Part shown: piece by piece, positions 24,601 to 36,300 of the stretch | Position numbering within the stretch: position 1 is the first letter of the stretch | Layout of the letters: the number at the start of each line of letters is the position of its first letter | NCBI GenBank assembly: GCA_028534125.1 | Contig: CM052829.1 | Location: 930,001 to 994,000 of the forward strand | Origin: Lama glama | Taxonomy: Eukaryota | DNA: 64,000 nucleotides | Direction of reading: 5' to 3' | Notes under the pieces: model-generated | The model's input: the letters and a program-made list of their open reading frames with translations, nothing else | Database searches by the model: none | Told to the model about the DNA's origin: nothing | Program-made: the position numbers and the translations under genes

Positions 24601-24779
24601 GCAAATCACCGTCCCTTCCCCGGTCTGGAATGTCACGATGCTCTTTGAAGTCACTTTGTCGGAAGTCACACAGCGGCTCCAGCCTCTTCTCGTCCCATTA
24701 GCGTGTGCACCCGTCTGCACCCGGGACTCAGTTCATCTCTGTGCCCACGTGTGCGGGGGCCCCCGTGGATGGTGTGTAT

Positions 24780-26600
24780 TCGGGCCCATTACTGTTTTAC
24801 TGTTCTCCTTTATTCTGGCAGCGTTTACCTTTTAGGTGGTTTAATTTGTCTTGTGATTAGACCACTGATGTTCAAAATGATGGCTGACATGCTTGGACTA
24901 ATGTCTACCAGTTTGTGACCATCTTCCACTCCCTACGTCTGTTCTCTGTTTCTTGTCTTTTTCTGCCTTCTCTGGTTTCAGCTGAGCACTTTCTGTAACC
25001 TCATTTTCTCTCTGTCTCAGCACATTCATTACATTTCTCTCAAATGGGTTTTTAATGCTCGTCCGAAGTGTGAGGACTCATTTACAGCTAACCCGGGCCA
25101 CGCTCGGGCGCCCCGCAGCGCTTCCTGGGGCGCGAGGGGACTTCCCGTCTGCCCCTCCCTTCCCTGGCTGCACCGGTCGTTCATTTTGCTGGTCCATATC
25201 TTAGTCCCCAGGTTGTCACCGCTGTTGCTTTGAACAAACTGTTCTCTGGTAGATGAGGAAACACCCCTCCGTTTACGCAGACGTGAGTTTCTGACCCGTA
25301 TCAGCTTCCTTCCTTCTCATTTCTTTGAATGTTCCTTGCAGGGCAGGGGTACTGGAGATGAATTGCCTAACTTTTTGTTCCTCTGAGAAAGTTTTCTGTT
25401 TCTCCTCTGCTTATAAGGATAATTTAACAGGTATTGAATTCTGTTTTGTTTCGTTCAAACATCCTAAGCATCTCCCTCCCCTCTGCTCCTGCCGTGTGGC
25501 TCTGACGAGAATTTCTGTGGATTCTCATCCATTCTTGCTTCTTCACACGTTAGGATTTTTTTTCCTCTGGCTCTTTCAGGGTTTTCTCTTCATCTTTGGT
25601 TTTCTGCAGTTTGAATGTGATTTTCCAAGGTGTAGGTTTTTTAGTGTTTACCCTGCTTGGTGTTCTGTGAACTTCCTGGATTCCCAGTTTGGTGTCTGTC
25701 ATTAAATCTGGAAAATTCCCAGCTGCTACGATCACTTTAAACATCCTGCTCTGTTTTCTCCTCCTTCCCTTCACTGCCTCCTTCACATGCCTCAAGCGTC
25801 CGCTGTTGCCCTGTGCTGCCTGGATAACCTGTCCTCTTTGTCTGTCTGTCTGTCTCCACTCTTCTACCTCTTTGTTTTTCTGCTTGGGCCTGATTCAAGC
25901 TCGCGGGTCCTTCCCTGGCCCTGCTCGCCCTACCGAGTCGAACGCATTTGTCGTTTCTGCTGCAGAGTTTTGGTCTCCAGCTTTTGTTTGGACACCTTCT
26001 TAGAGCTTCCGCCTCTCTGCCGGCACCACCCACCTGTTTGACATGCTGCCCAGGTTAGAGCCCTAACGAATCAGTCATGGTTATTGTGAGTTCCCTGTCG
26101 GATAATTCCAAAATCTGTGTCGTGGCTGAGTTGGGTCTCAGTGCTGGCTCTGAGTCTTCATGCTGTGTTTTCTCCTTCCCATTTATCATGACTTGAATTC
26201 TTCTGTCAAAAGCTGGACCTGATGTATTAGGTAACAGGGACTGAGACAGACAGGCTTCTGTGTGAGTTTCTACGCTGATGGCGGGGCTGTGTTGTGAGGG
26301 GCCCCTGTTCCCTCCAGGGTCCTCGTCACTGTCTCGCAGCCTCTCTGAGACTCTGTAAACAGTCTGCACACTGTAATCCACCGTCGTGAACTCGGTCCTG
26401 TCAATGTGGTGACGAGTTAACTTTCTAAAGCCTGATGATTGACTCTCCTCCCTTTAGAGGATGTGTGGCCCTGGGCTGTGACCTCACAAGTGCCCCGGGC
26501 CCCCGCCCCCTCGGTGGCAGGAGGGCAAAGGGGCGGGTACTGGGTAATCTCTTTCATCCCGAGTTCGGTGAGGCTCTGGCAAATCTTTGTCCCTGGAAGC
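24780..26600 (-). mobile_element. Old L1 (L1MC-like) 5' UTR, ORF1 remnant and inter-ORF region
   Basis: Minus-strand translations NFPDLMTDTKLGIQEVHRTPSRVNTKKPTPWKITFKLQKTKDEEKTLK and TQILELSDRELTITM are recognisable L1 ORF1p segments; frameshifted. Confidence 0.85.
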
Positions 26601-26609
26601 TGCCCTTTT

Positions 26610-26991
26610 CTATCTAGAAAGTTCTGGGTTGTGCATTTGACAAACCCCACAGACCAGAGCTTGAACAACAGGCACCTGTTCTCTCACAGTCTGGAGCCTG
26701 GGAGCCCGAAAGCCCCTCCTGATGTGGGCAGGTTGCTTCTCCTGGGGCCTCTGTCCTGGTGTCCAGACGCCATCCCCTCCTTGCCCTCACATGGTTGTCC
26801 CTCGGTGTGTGTCGGTGTCCTGACCTCCTCCTCTTATGGGGCGCCAGTCACGGGGCTCGAGGCCGCCCTGGAGACCTCACTCTGCCGTCATCACCTACTT
26901 AAAGGCCCGGCTCCAAACCCAGTCCCACTGCTGTGCTGGGGGTTACACGTGAAATTAAGAATTTTGGGGAAACCCAACTCAGCCCATGACG
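26610..26991 (-). mobile_element. ERVL-MaLR LTR (MLT1B/C-like)
   Basis: GCTTGAACAACAGG...TTCTCTCACAGTCTGGAG...CCCTCACATGGTTGTCCCTC...CTCCTCTTATGG...CAACTCAGCCCATGAC. Confidence 0.8.
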
Positions 26992-27007
26992 GCAAATTTC
27001 AAAATGG

Positions 27008-27507
27008 NNNNNNNNNNNNNNNNNNNNNNNNNNNNNNNNNNNNNNNNNNNNNNNNNNNNNNNNNNNNNNNNNNNNNNNNNNNNNNNNNNNNNNNNNNNNN
27101 NNNNNNNNNNNNNNNNNNNNNNNNNNNNNNNNNNNNNNNNNNNNNNNNNNNNNNNNNNNNNNNNNNNNNNNNNNNNNNNNNNNNNNNNNNNNNNNNNNNN
27201 NNNNNNNNNNNNNNNNNNNNNNNNNNNNNNNNNNNNNNNNNNNNNNNNNNNNNNNNNNNNNNNNNNNNNNNNNNNNNNNNNNNNNNNNNNNNNNNNNNNN
27301 NNNNNNNNNNNNNNNNNNNNNNNNNNNNNNNNNNNNNNNNNNNNNNNNNNNNNNNNNNNNNNNNNNNNNNNNNNNNNNNNNNNNNNNNNNNNNNNNNNNN
27401 NNNNNNNNNNNNNNNNNNNNNNNNNNNNNNNNNNNNNNNNNNNNNNNNNNNNNNNNNNNNNNNNNNNNNNNNNNNNNNNNNNNNNNNNNNNNNNNNNNNN
27501 NNNNNNN
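27008..27507. other. Assembly gap (exactly 500 N)
   Basis: Run of 500 n. Confidence 1.
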
Positions 27508-30291
27508 GGAGGGGAGCGGAGACACACCCAGGGCACGAGGCTGCAGTCCGGATAAACTGGGAATTTTCCAGGATCCAGAGCAGAGCTGCCTGCGCAGTCG
27601 TGCTGAGGGAGCAGCTTCTGCGTGCGTTTTAATGGACAACCCATCGCAGATGAACTGTGAATCATAACAAAAGGAAAGACGTTTAAAACCATAAGCCCGA
27701 GGTCCCATCCCGTACTCAGCGGAGCCTCCAGTGCCCGTCCAGGCTCCCAGCCGCCTGCGCAGAGCTCCTACTCTCCTTGGTCCGCAGTGGGGGGCCTACC
27801 CCAGCCGCCCGGCCCCAGCCTCCCCCTAGAGACAAAAGCGTCGTTCACTGCACGTTCAGAGATCCTTCAGCACGTTGACCATGTCACCCAGTTTTGGGTG
27901 ACAGTTTCCTCAGGGCCCCTGATCCACAGTGGACGACCAACGTGTTAATGACAAATCCCGTTTTCCTCCCGTGACACCATGAAAACTGGGGCGGAAAGGC
28001 TGCACGTCAGAGACGCTCACAGCCCCAGGGGCTTGAAAGCACTTTGCCGTTGGAGTCGGCGCTTGTCTGAGAAAGTCAGGAAGTGCGCGCTTCTCCCGAC
28101 TCCGTGCACCAGAGGGCACGCGTCTCTCCCGCTGCCTAACTCAGGGGTTTCCTCCGGATGGAGAAGTGTCTGCTCAGCCCCCTCTGGAAGGGGGCCTCCA
28201 CTCCGGGCAGGAACACAGATGACCTCTGTGAGCCGCATGCCGGGGACTGAAATCGAGATGTCCTTAGAAACGCCAGCCACATGTGGGAAGTCCACGCAGC
28301 CCTGGGCTGTGGGCCTTCAAAGGAGGAGGCAGCCACGCGGCTCTGCCCGAGCCGAGTGTGCGGAGAGCACAGCCGGTCTCCTGGCGGGGGGGTCCCGTCA
28401 TCCAGGAGCCCTGGGGACACAGCCTGGACGCGCCACCAAAGCTCTCACTTTCTCCAAACCTGGGAACACTCCCGTGGTCTTCCCGGGCCTGGCGTGCGCG
28501 GCAGCGCGCGGCTCACTCCCCGGCTGAGAACGCGCCCGTCCTCCCAGCTGCCCGGCCCCGGGGCCGCTCAGGGCGGCAGGAGCGACGCCGAGCAAGCGCG
28601 GCGCGGCGGCTCTCTGCCCCTTGCTGCGGGGCCTGGGCAGGAGTGAGACGCTCAAGCTCCTTAAAATTTTAAGTGCATATGTCGTCTTCAAAGAGCCAGC
28701 GCTGGTGTCTCCTAACCCTGTAAGCTCGGTTCCATGTGCCAGGGACCCAGCCGGCGCCCGGCGGCTGTGCTCAGCGGCCCCGCTGCCTCGGGGCCCAGGG
28801 CCAGTCCCGGCCTGCAGGGCCCCGGCCTCCACGGCCTGTAGCAATAAAACTCGCTCCCAAAGAGGCGGGACTCCCTGGGGGAGGACAAGGATCTGGTTAA
28901 GGCGATGCGTGTTGGGAAAAGGCGTGGTTGTCTGAAATAAAGCGCAGTGAGCAGAGCCTGGCAAGTGCAGCCTTGGCCCAGGTCTGCAGCCTCAAGGTCC
29001 CGTCCATCATCTCACCCGGCCCGTCCTCCGTAGGCCTGACAAACCCTGAGTAAAGAAGGTTCTGGAAACCAGAAATCGGACGAGCAGCAGTGACGCGACC
29101 TGAGGAGGCGGCTGCCTGGACCACTGCTGCCCCTTGTCTGTGCGGGCCAGGGGCCCGCGGGGCTCTCTTCTCAGGGAGGAAGGACTTAAATAAAGGAGCA
29201 TTTCTTCCAACGCTGTGTGACACGTGTACACACGTACTTACATAGGCACGTGCTTACCTACATGAGTGCAAATTCGTTTAGACATGCGTGTTCCTTTGTG
29301 TGATTTTTATTGCCCGTGGCTTTGTTTATTGACGAACGGAAGTACTCTTCATCTTAAGGACATTTGTCATCATATGGATGGGCCAGTGTGATGTTCTTGG
29401 CACCTTCATCACGAACTGAATGTGAAAATTGTGAGAGAAAATCAGTGCCCTTTAAGAAGAGCTCTATTTCAGCAGCGTCCCTGACGCGCTGCGCGTTTTC
29501 CAGATACGCCGCACAGACATTCACGTAGCACAGAGGGGTCTCTGAACGTACGTGAGAAAACCTGAGAAACCACCCATTTTTCACACATTTGCCTTTAAAT
29601 TGTAAAACATCCTGCTGAGAAACATGAAAAGTGGGGATCCGAGGTAACAGGATGATTTATCACAGATTCAGTTGGCTACGTTAAGCAATCTCTCTTATTG
29701 ATTCAAAATGATTTCACAGAGCTTCCTCTGACCGTTGTCTCTGACGTATGTGAAGACCCGGATTAAGAGAAGCCGGGAGAAGTCAGGCGTGAGGTCAAGG
29801 CTGAGTTTCAACCCCTGCAGCACTGGGGTCCCTCTCCGTTTGGTCACAGACCTCCTCATAGCGAGTCAGGGGGTGTGTGTTCTGACGCATGAAGGCTGCA
29901 TGCAATGGCCTGCTGGGGTGGTCGGGGCGGGCAGCTGCCTGGGGAGCAGCAGGTGGAGCTGGGCTGGGGCACAGCCGCCAGGGGCCCAGTCCACGGGTGG
30001 CCCCAGGAAGGCTGTCAGACACACCTCCTGGGCGCAGGCAGCTGAGGTGCCTGGTGGCTCATGAAGAGGGTCCATCCATCTGACTCAGGACCCAGGACGC
30101 GGGGCCCAGGCCATGGAGCTGTTCACTGGAGCTGGCCGCAGGGCCAGACTCAGGAACTGTGCCAGGTCCGCACAGGGCTCCGGAGAACCTTCTCACTTAA
30201 AGGAAGGTGCCTGTTGAGGCCTCGCCGGTGTTCATTCAGCCATACCCTCTCCATGCTCACCTGGGACCAGGACTCATCCTCCTGCCTCCGT

Positions 30292-30367
30292 GCGCACCTG
30301 CCCCGGGACGCACCCGCCTCCGCCTCTGGGCGCGCCTGCACCGGGACGCACCCGCCTCCGCCCCCGT
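30292..30367. repeat. 38-bp tandem duplication (2 copies)
   Basis: GCGCACCTGCCCCGGGACGCACCCGCCTCCGCCTCTGG followed by GCGCGCCTGCACCGGGACGCACCCGCCTCCGCCCCCGT. Confidence 0.85.
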
Positions 30368-31305
30368 GCACCCTGGGCAGGCAGTCACTCTGTTGTTCCC
30401 CACTCATGCTGGAGCTGTGGGCATATCCGATGATGACTGAAGCCCTGTTTCAACCACTTATTCCCTGTGTCCTGCAGCACACACCTCGCGCTCACTCTGG
30501 GCGACGGGCCGTGGGCTCTCCTTTTACGAGCAGCCCCCGCCCCCGGCCCAGGATCCCTCATTGATCTTTCACGCAGGGGTTGTCTTCAGGAGCTTCTCAA
30601 GGACCCGTGTGGTTTGCACTTGCGTCACTCCCTTTCCAACTCCCCCTCGCCCACAGCCTCACTGCCGTCCCAGCGGGAGGGGGAGCAGGGAGGAGACGGG
30701 TCCACAGGGGAAGCTCGCGCCTCAGAGGCGGAGCATGAGGCCGGCAGATCTGGCGGGTGTGAGGTATGAGGGATGGACAGGACCGCCGCACTTGGAACGG
30801 GAGAAACGGAACCAGCCGAGGTCTCCCGACATCTGGAACAGCTACAAAGTGCACCTCACCTCACACGTACCCGTGAAAATAATCAGCCGGGTGTGCAGGA
30901 CAGAGCAGGTGTGAAAGCAGGTGTTGGGAAGTGTTAACGGGTTTTCGATCCCCAGCCGCCCCCGCCCACGGCCCCCAGGTTAGGTCACAGTGGCCGAGGG
31001 TGTCCCCTGGGAAGCAGACCAGGCTCCAGCTGAGCTGTCTCACTCCCCAGCACGACCCCTCACTAAAGGTCAGCTCTGTCATCCGAGAAGCGGTGAGAAG
31101 AGCAGCCTCTCCCTTTAGAGTCATCGCGAAGATTGAGGAAGAGCGGGGGTGAGTGCTGTGCCCGCCTGCGTGACTAGGTGCAGTCAGTCTTCCTCCTGAG
31201 TCCCGGCGGGGGCAGGCGCCGGGCCCGCGGCACCACGCCCTGCCCCATCCCAGCTCTGCCCGGCCCTGATCTCACTGGTGTGCTCCACAGTGTCTGCACT
31301 GTGGA

Positions 31306-31696
31306 TGAAGGTTAAGTTTTTGTGCCAACCTGGCCAGGCCGCGGTACCCGGATATTTGGTCAGACGCCTGTCTAGATGTTTCTGGGACGGGGCTGCATGG
31401 ATGAGTAGTAAAGCAGGTGCCCTTCGCTGATGTGGGTGGGCCACATCCAATCAGGTGACAGCATTAAGAGAAAAGGCCAAGTTCTCCCGAGGACGAGGAA
31501 ATCCTTCTTCAGATGCCCTTTGGAATCAGGCTACAGCACCTGCCCTTCCTGTGTCCCCAGGCTTCCAGGCCGCCCTCAGGATTTGGGCTGTGCCAACTGC
31601 CACGATCGACTGAATCGCCTCCTTAATATCCATCTCCCTCCCCCTCTCTCCCTCCACTCTACTGGATCTGTTTTCTAGAGAATCCTGATTAATATG
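31306..31696 (+). mobile_element. ERVL solo LTR (MLT2C/D-like)
   Basis: TGAAGGTTAAGTTTTTGTGCCAACCTGGC...GTACCCGGATATTTGGTCA...GTGGGTGGGCCACATCCAATCAG...CTAGAGAATCCTGATTAATA matches MLT2 along its length. Confidence 0.85.
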
Positions 31697-32787
31697 CCGT
31701 ATGAGTTAGTAGTAATCATAAGCTTTTTTTTAATGGACAGAACACTAGCAGATGACTTTCTTGAAATCTTGATGATTTATCCAAATTATACTCGATACTT
31801 AACCTTTGCACTTTGCTGGCTGTGGTCACAAACTTCCTGAGACACACAGCAGATTCCCAGCCCACCTTCCCAGGTGCTGTAGGAACTCGAGATGCTCCTG
31901 AAATCTGCCAATTTTGTCTAGAAAAGAAACATCTCTCCTTTATGCCCCGAGCCAGGAAGGACCCCAAGCCTCCTCTCCCACCTCCCAAGCTGCTGTGGGT
32001 GCGTCCTGATTCATTGACAGACGGACTCCTTAGAAAGTAATTCCAAAGATGTTGTGCTGTCCCTCCGCCCAGCGAGCCCCGTCAGCGGCAGGCGTGGAGC
32101 GCGTACGAGGGAAAAGCTAGGAAGTAAGGGGAGTCTCGTGTCGTCTCTCACCTCTGTGTCTGGAGGCCGCGCTCCTGCACAAGGGAGCCGTGGTTGAGGC
32201 TGACCATTCCTCGGAATAGTGTCAGAGCACGGAAGAGAGCTGAGCAGAGCGTGCTCCCCTGCCATCCGTCACCCATCCTGCTGTCAGTCAGTGCTGCCAG
32301 CACAGTCCTCGGACCCCTCGCGGGTGACGAAGGACTTTGCACAGGGGCTCCCGCTTGCCCGAGGGTGCTCGCTCCTCCAGACACGTCGCGAAGCAGCACC
32401 CACCCTGCCCTTCACAGAAAGCCTGTGTTGGGAAGGGGCTTGGCCCCCTAGTGAATTCTTGCTCCTCTCCACCCTGGTGACCCATTTTCCTTCATTATCA
32501 CCACCACATTCTCCTGAGAAAGGATTCCAAGGTGCATGCAAAACCCCTGAATCCACTGGGTCTGCACTCAGAGACTTGCTGTTCTGGGGACGTCACTGGG
32601 AGGGAAGTGCAGGAACATGCACGGCACCAGGTCTGTGTCCCTGTGCCAGGTTAGCGCGGCCCTGAGTTCGTGCTCCTCCAGCGGGTGACGAGTGAAGGGG
32701 CACCGCCGGGGCCACAGATGGCCTTTGAGGAGCTAGCAGTGCACCTGCAGGTCATTTTTCAGATGAGAGTTTCTTGAGTTTGAAAAT

Positions 32788-32809
32788 TATATATATACAT
32801 ATACACATA

Positions 32810-32840
<31 letters not shown>
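32788..32840. repeat. Compound (TA)n/(CA)n microsatellite
   Basis: TATATATATACATATACACATACAAACACACAC... ending in a pure (AC)n run. Confidence 0.95.
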
Positions 32841-33330
32841 TCATATTTATATTTGTGCCCTGTAGGTAACGGCGAACAGGAAATCAACAATCCGGCGTTC
32901 CCAGCCGAGGGATAAAGGCGCCCCGCCTCCCCCCAGTCGTCGTCCCTGGAGCCGCGGTCCCGCGGGCTGCCCCTTCCTCACGTGAGTTCAAGAGGAGGCA
33001 GAGCGGACGCTCTTCTGCACGTTATCCATCGCGGGACTGGGAGTGCGCATGAGGAAGGCAGTGAGGAAGGGCCCTGTCAGTGCTCCTTCAGGAAGGCCCT
33101 TGTCGCTGACCACGGGGTCTCGAAGCAAGACCCCGGCAGCGCTTCCGTTCCAGGGGAGCGGGTCTGGGCGAGCGCCCGTCCCGTGCCACCAGGCTGAACG
33201 TGGGTGTAGAGTAATTTGTGGTCCCCAAGGAAGAAACAAGACAAGGGTGATGAATTACACTGAGAATATGAGTAAAAGTTTAAGTGGAAGTATTTACAAT
33301 GAGTTATAAGTGTGTTGGAATATCAGAGTA

Positions 33331-33381
33331 ACATTGTAAACCAACTTAGACTTCAATTAAAAAAATGGAAAAGAAAAAGAA
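33331..33381 (+). mobile_element. Very short 5'-truncated L1 tail with 14-bp TSD
   Basis: ACATTGTAAACCAACTTAGACTTCAATTAAAAAAA plus an A-rich tail, flanked by GGAATATCAGAGTA (33317-33330) and GAAATATTAGAGTA (33382-33395). Confidence 0.75.
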
Positions 33382-36300
33382 GAAATATTAGAGTAAAATG
33401 AAGCCATTTGGGCTGACAGCTGGCTCAAGTTAAAGCAACTCTGAGTTGGAATATTAAATTTTAAATAGTCTAGAAGAACGCAGGTCATGCTCTGCGTTGC
33501 TCCACAGAGGGCAGGGGCAGGTCTCCGGATCTCAGGCCCCCCTGTGCAACCGGACGTCTACACGGCCACCCACGGGGCCGGCACCGTGTACAGACTCGTG
33601 GTCTTAAGGAGAATTTATTTAACGTTTGCCAACATCAGTCGCTTGCCAGGTGCTGCACACTGTCCTACAGGTGTGAGCCAGACGACTGATGGCAGACACA
33701 GGGGTGGGGAGCGATGCCGGAGCACTTCTGGGCCCTTAATAAAACCCTGATTCTCACCCGGTGGGCCGCTGAGCTCAGGACCAGGCGAAAGGGCCTGACA
33801 GAGGGGGTGCCTTAATTCCTTGTTAGTTACAAGAGAAACACAATTTAACTTCAGGGAATCCTAGGTTCTGGAACATTCCATTTTCCCTAAAGGGGAAAGG
33901 ATGGATTCATTTCCCTATCTGTTAGTATCTAAAGTTATATTCTTTTTCTAGATAAAGTTCACATAAAAACCTCCCAAATAGGTCACAATTAAGGCCAAGT
34001 GAGAACCAGAGCCAACAGTGCAGAGAGAAGTGTCTATTAGGGTCCCTTTAGAGGATCAGTGCAAATCAACAGTGGAGCAGATCACCCAGAGGGGAAGGTG
34101 CGGGCTGAGGATGTAACACTGGCCTTTCATCCTGGATCACGCTTGTTTATCCAAACTGGCACACGAGTCGTCCAAAATGCATCTAAATGCACTGACTGTG
34201 GTGGCCAAATTAAATGTCTGCACTTCATCATTTACCTCTTTGAAATACTATCCACGCAGGCCAAGTGGAGTGGAGGGTAATTTCAAGCTCCTGCCTTCAA
34301 GGACTCCGCCTTCTCATCGGGAAGCGGGCACCGGGGGGCCTTCCCAATCTGCACGGAAGGTGGGCTCCTTAGGGTGGGGCTGGGGCAGAAAGGCTTGCAG
34401 GGGCCCCCAGATGGTGGGGACCTGGGTTACTATTAAGGTGCTAATGAATGGCTCAGACTATAAGGATACAATGTCCAAAATCTACTATAGTTTTAGTGAA
34501 AATTGTGTGATGTCAGTTGCATTGTCTGGTGACAGGAGCCTCTACAAGGCTGCAAAGTCATGTCCTTAAATACTCAAGTCTCTGCAATGTCCTGTTTCCC
34601 ACAGCGTATCAGTCATTGCCCTTGGATCCCAAAAGCTTCCTCTTCGGTGGAATTTCGGGAACAGGTGGAGGATGGAAGGATGAGGGAGTGTGTCCACTCA
34701 GGATTCTGGGTGAAGTTTCGGAAGGTCGCGACATAGCCACACTCTCCTGGGTCACGGGCCTCACAGCCTCGGGAAGGTCAGCAAAGGTCCGGAGCTCCCG
34801 GGGCTTCGCAAGGACCAAGAGACGCTCCAAGACTGTAGCAAACCATGCACTCGGTAGCAGCTTTGGAATTAGGGACCGCGCGCAGAGACACCTGAGTCCG
34901 CGCCCGGCACAGAGCAGGTGTCCACAAACCGCGGCTCTCGTCACACGCTCTGCTTGACGCCTGGGCTGGGGGTGAGGAGGGTGATCAGGCATCCATGGGA
35001 GAGAATTAACTACACAGAAAGTCCCGCGTGTGGAAGCAGAAGCCAGCTGTGCGGAGACTGGCCGGGTGGTAACAGCGACGGGGGGGTGGGGTGGAGATGC
35101 CGTCTGATCTGCTTAAATGACCTGGAAAGGCGTCTGCATCTGCCAGCAGGCCGGTCACCCCGCTTCTGTGGTCCTGTGAGTCCTGGTGCCCAGTGACCCG
35201 GACCCTGACTTTCGCCCCTGACGGGAGGCTCTTGTCGCCCGAGCATCCTGGCCCCGTGCCAGCCTCTTCTGTCCGCACGTAAGAAAATGCTGTTGCTCCG
35301 TGATGGGGCCTTGGCAGCGACCAGCAAGCTGCAGCCTGGGAAGTCCTCCGCACGTGTGGCTGAGAAGCACTGCAAAAACCAAATCATCTGTGCTCCCTGG
35401 AAACCTCATCCAAGGGAACCTCCAGAATGCAAGACGCCTGTAGAAAGTGTGGAGACAGCAACCTGGCCTGGGGCAGCTCAGCGGACAGCGCGGGCTGGGG
35501 TCTGGCTCTTCCCTCCGCTGCGGCTTAATCGCCCTCCCCGCCTTAAAGGAAAACCTAAGAAACGGTTATTTTCCCCCGAGAATTCTATTCACTCACAACT
35601 AACCAAAACAAAGCAAAATGGCCAGATCGTTGTCCTCGCTACGCTTATGACTGCGTGAAGGTACAGTCCGGTGTGAGCCCGTGGGGGGTCTGTAACTGTG
35701 ACGCTGGTTAGAAGGTTCCACACTCGAGAGACACAGACGACTCCCCGGAGGTCTCGGCTCCGTTACACACGATGAGACGACGGTCGTTTCTCTCCTTAGC
35801 GCTCAGGCCTTCGGCTCCTCCATCCAGATGGGCTGTTCTCTCAGCTCACGTGGGGTGAAGGCCCAGGTGCCAGCACCTCACTCCCTGGGGCTGGCCCCGG
35901 GGGCCTGGAGCTGGGGAGGCTGGAGGCCGGGGGCTGAAGTCTGGAGGCTGGAGGCAGCCGCGCCACCCTGGTAAGGCTGCGTGCAGTCGAGCGTAAGGTC
36001 CTGACCTTCCAGTTTCCTGATTGCAGGGGGGACAAGAGGCAGGAAGCCCATGAGAGGACTTCCAGGTGAGCCTTGCCGGGATGTAAATTAGGACCTTATA
36101 AATCTGGTGGGAAGGAAGGGTGTGGGGCTGACACCGAGAGTGAGCTGACAGGAGCCCCTGAAGGGAACGTGGTCCCTCTGCCTAGAGCCCTGCCCTCGGG
36201 GGAGGTGCCCACAAGGTGCCCAGCTGCCAGCACTGAGCGCTGGGGAGCACTCCCAGATGCTGGTGTGTGGGGTGGGGCTGGGACATCCTGGCTGAGCCTG

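Noticed and set aside
25550-26381. ORFs with real protein similarity
   Set aside because: The similarity is to L1 ORF1p; fragmented by frameshifts, so a dead retrotransposon rather than a host gene
26439-27708. Longest ORFs in the track (397, 269, 237 and 189 aa)
   Set aside because: They run through the 500-N gap; the real portions are L1/MLT1 or anonymous sequence
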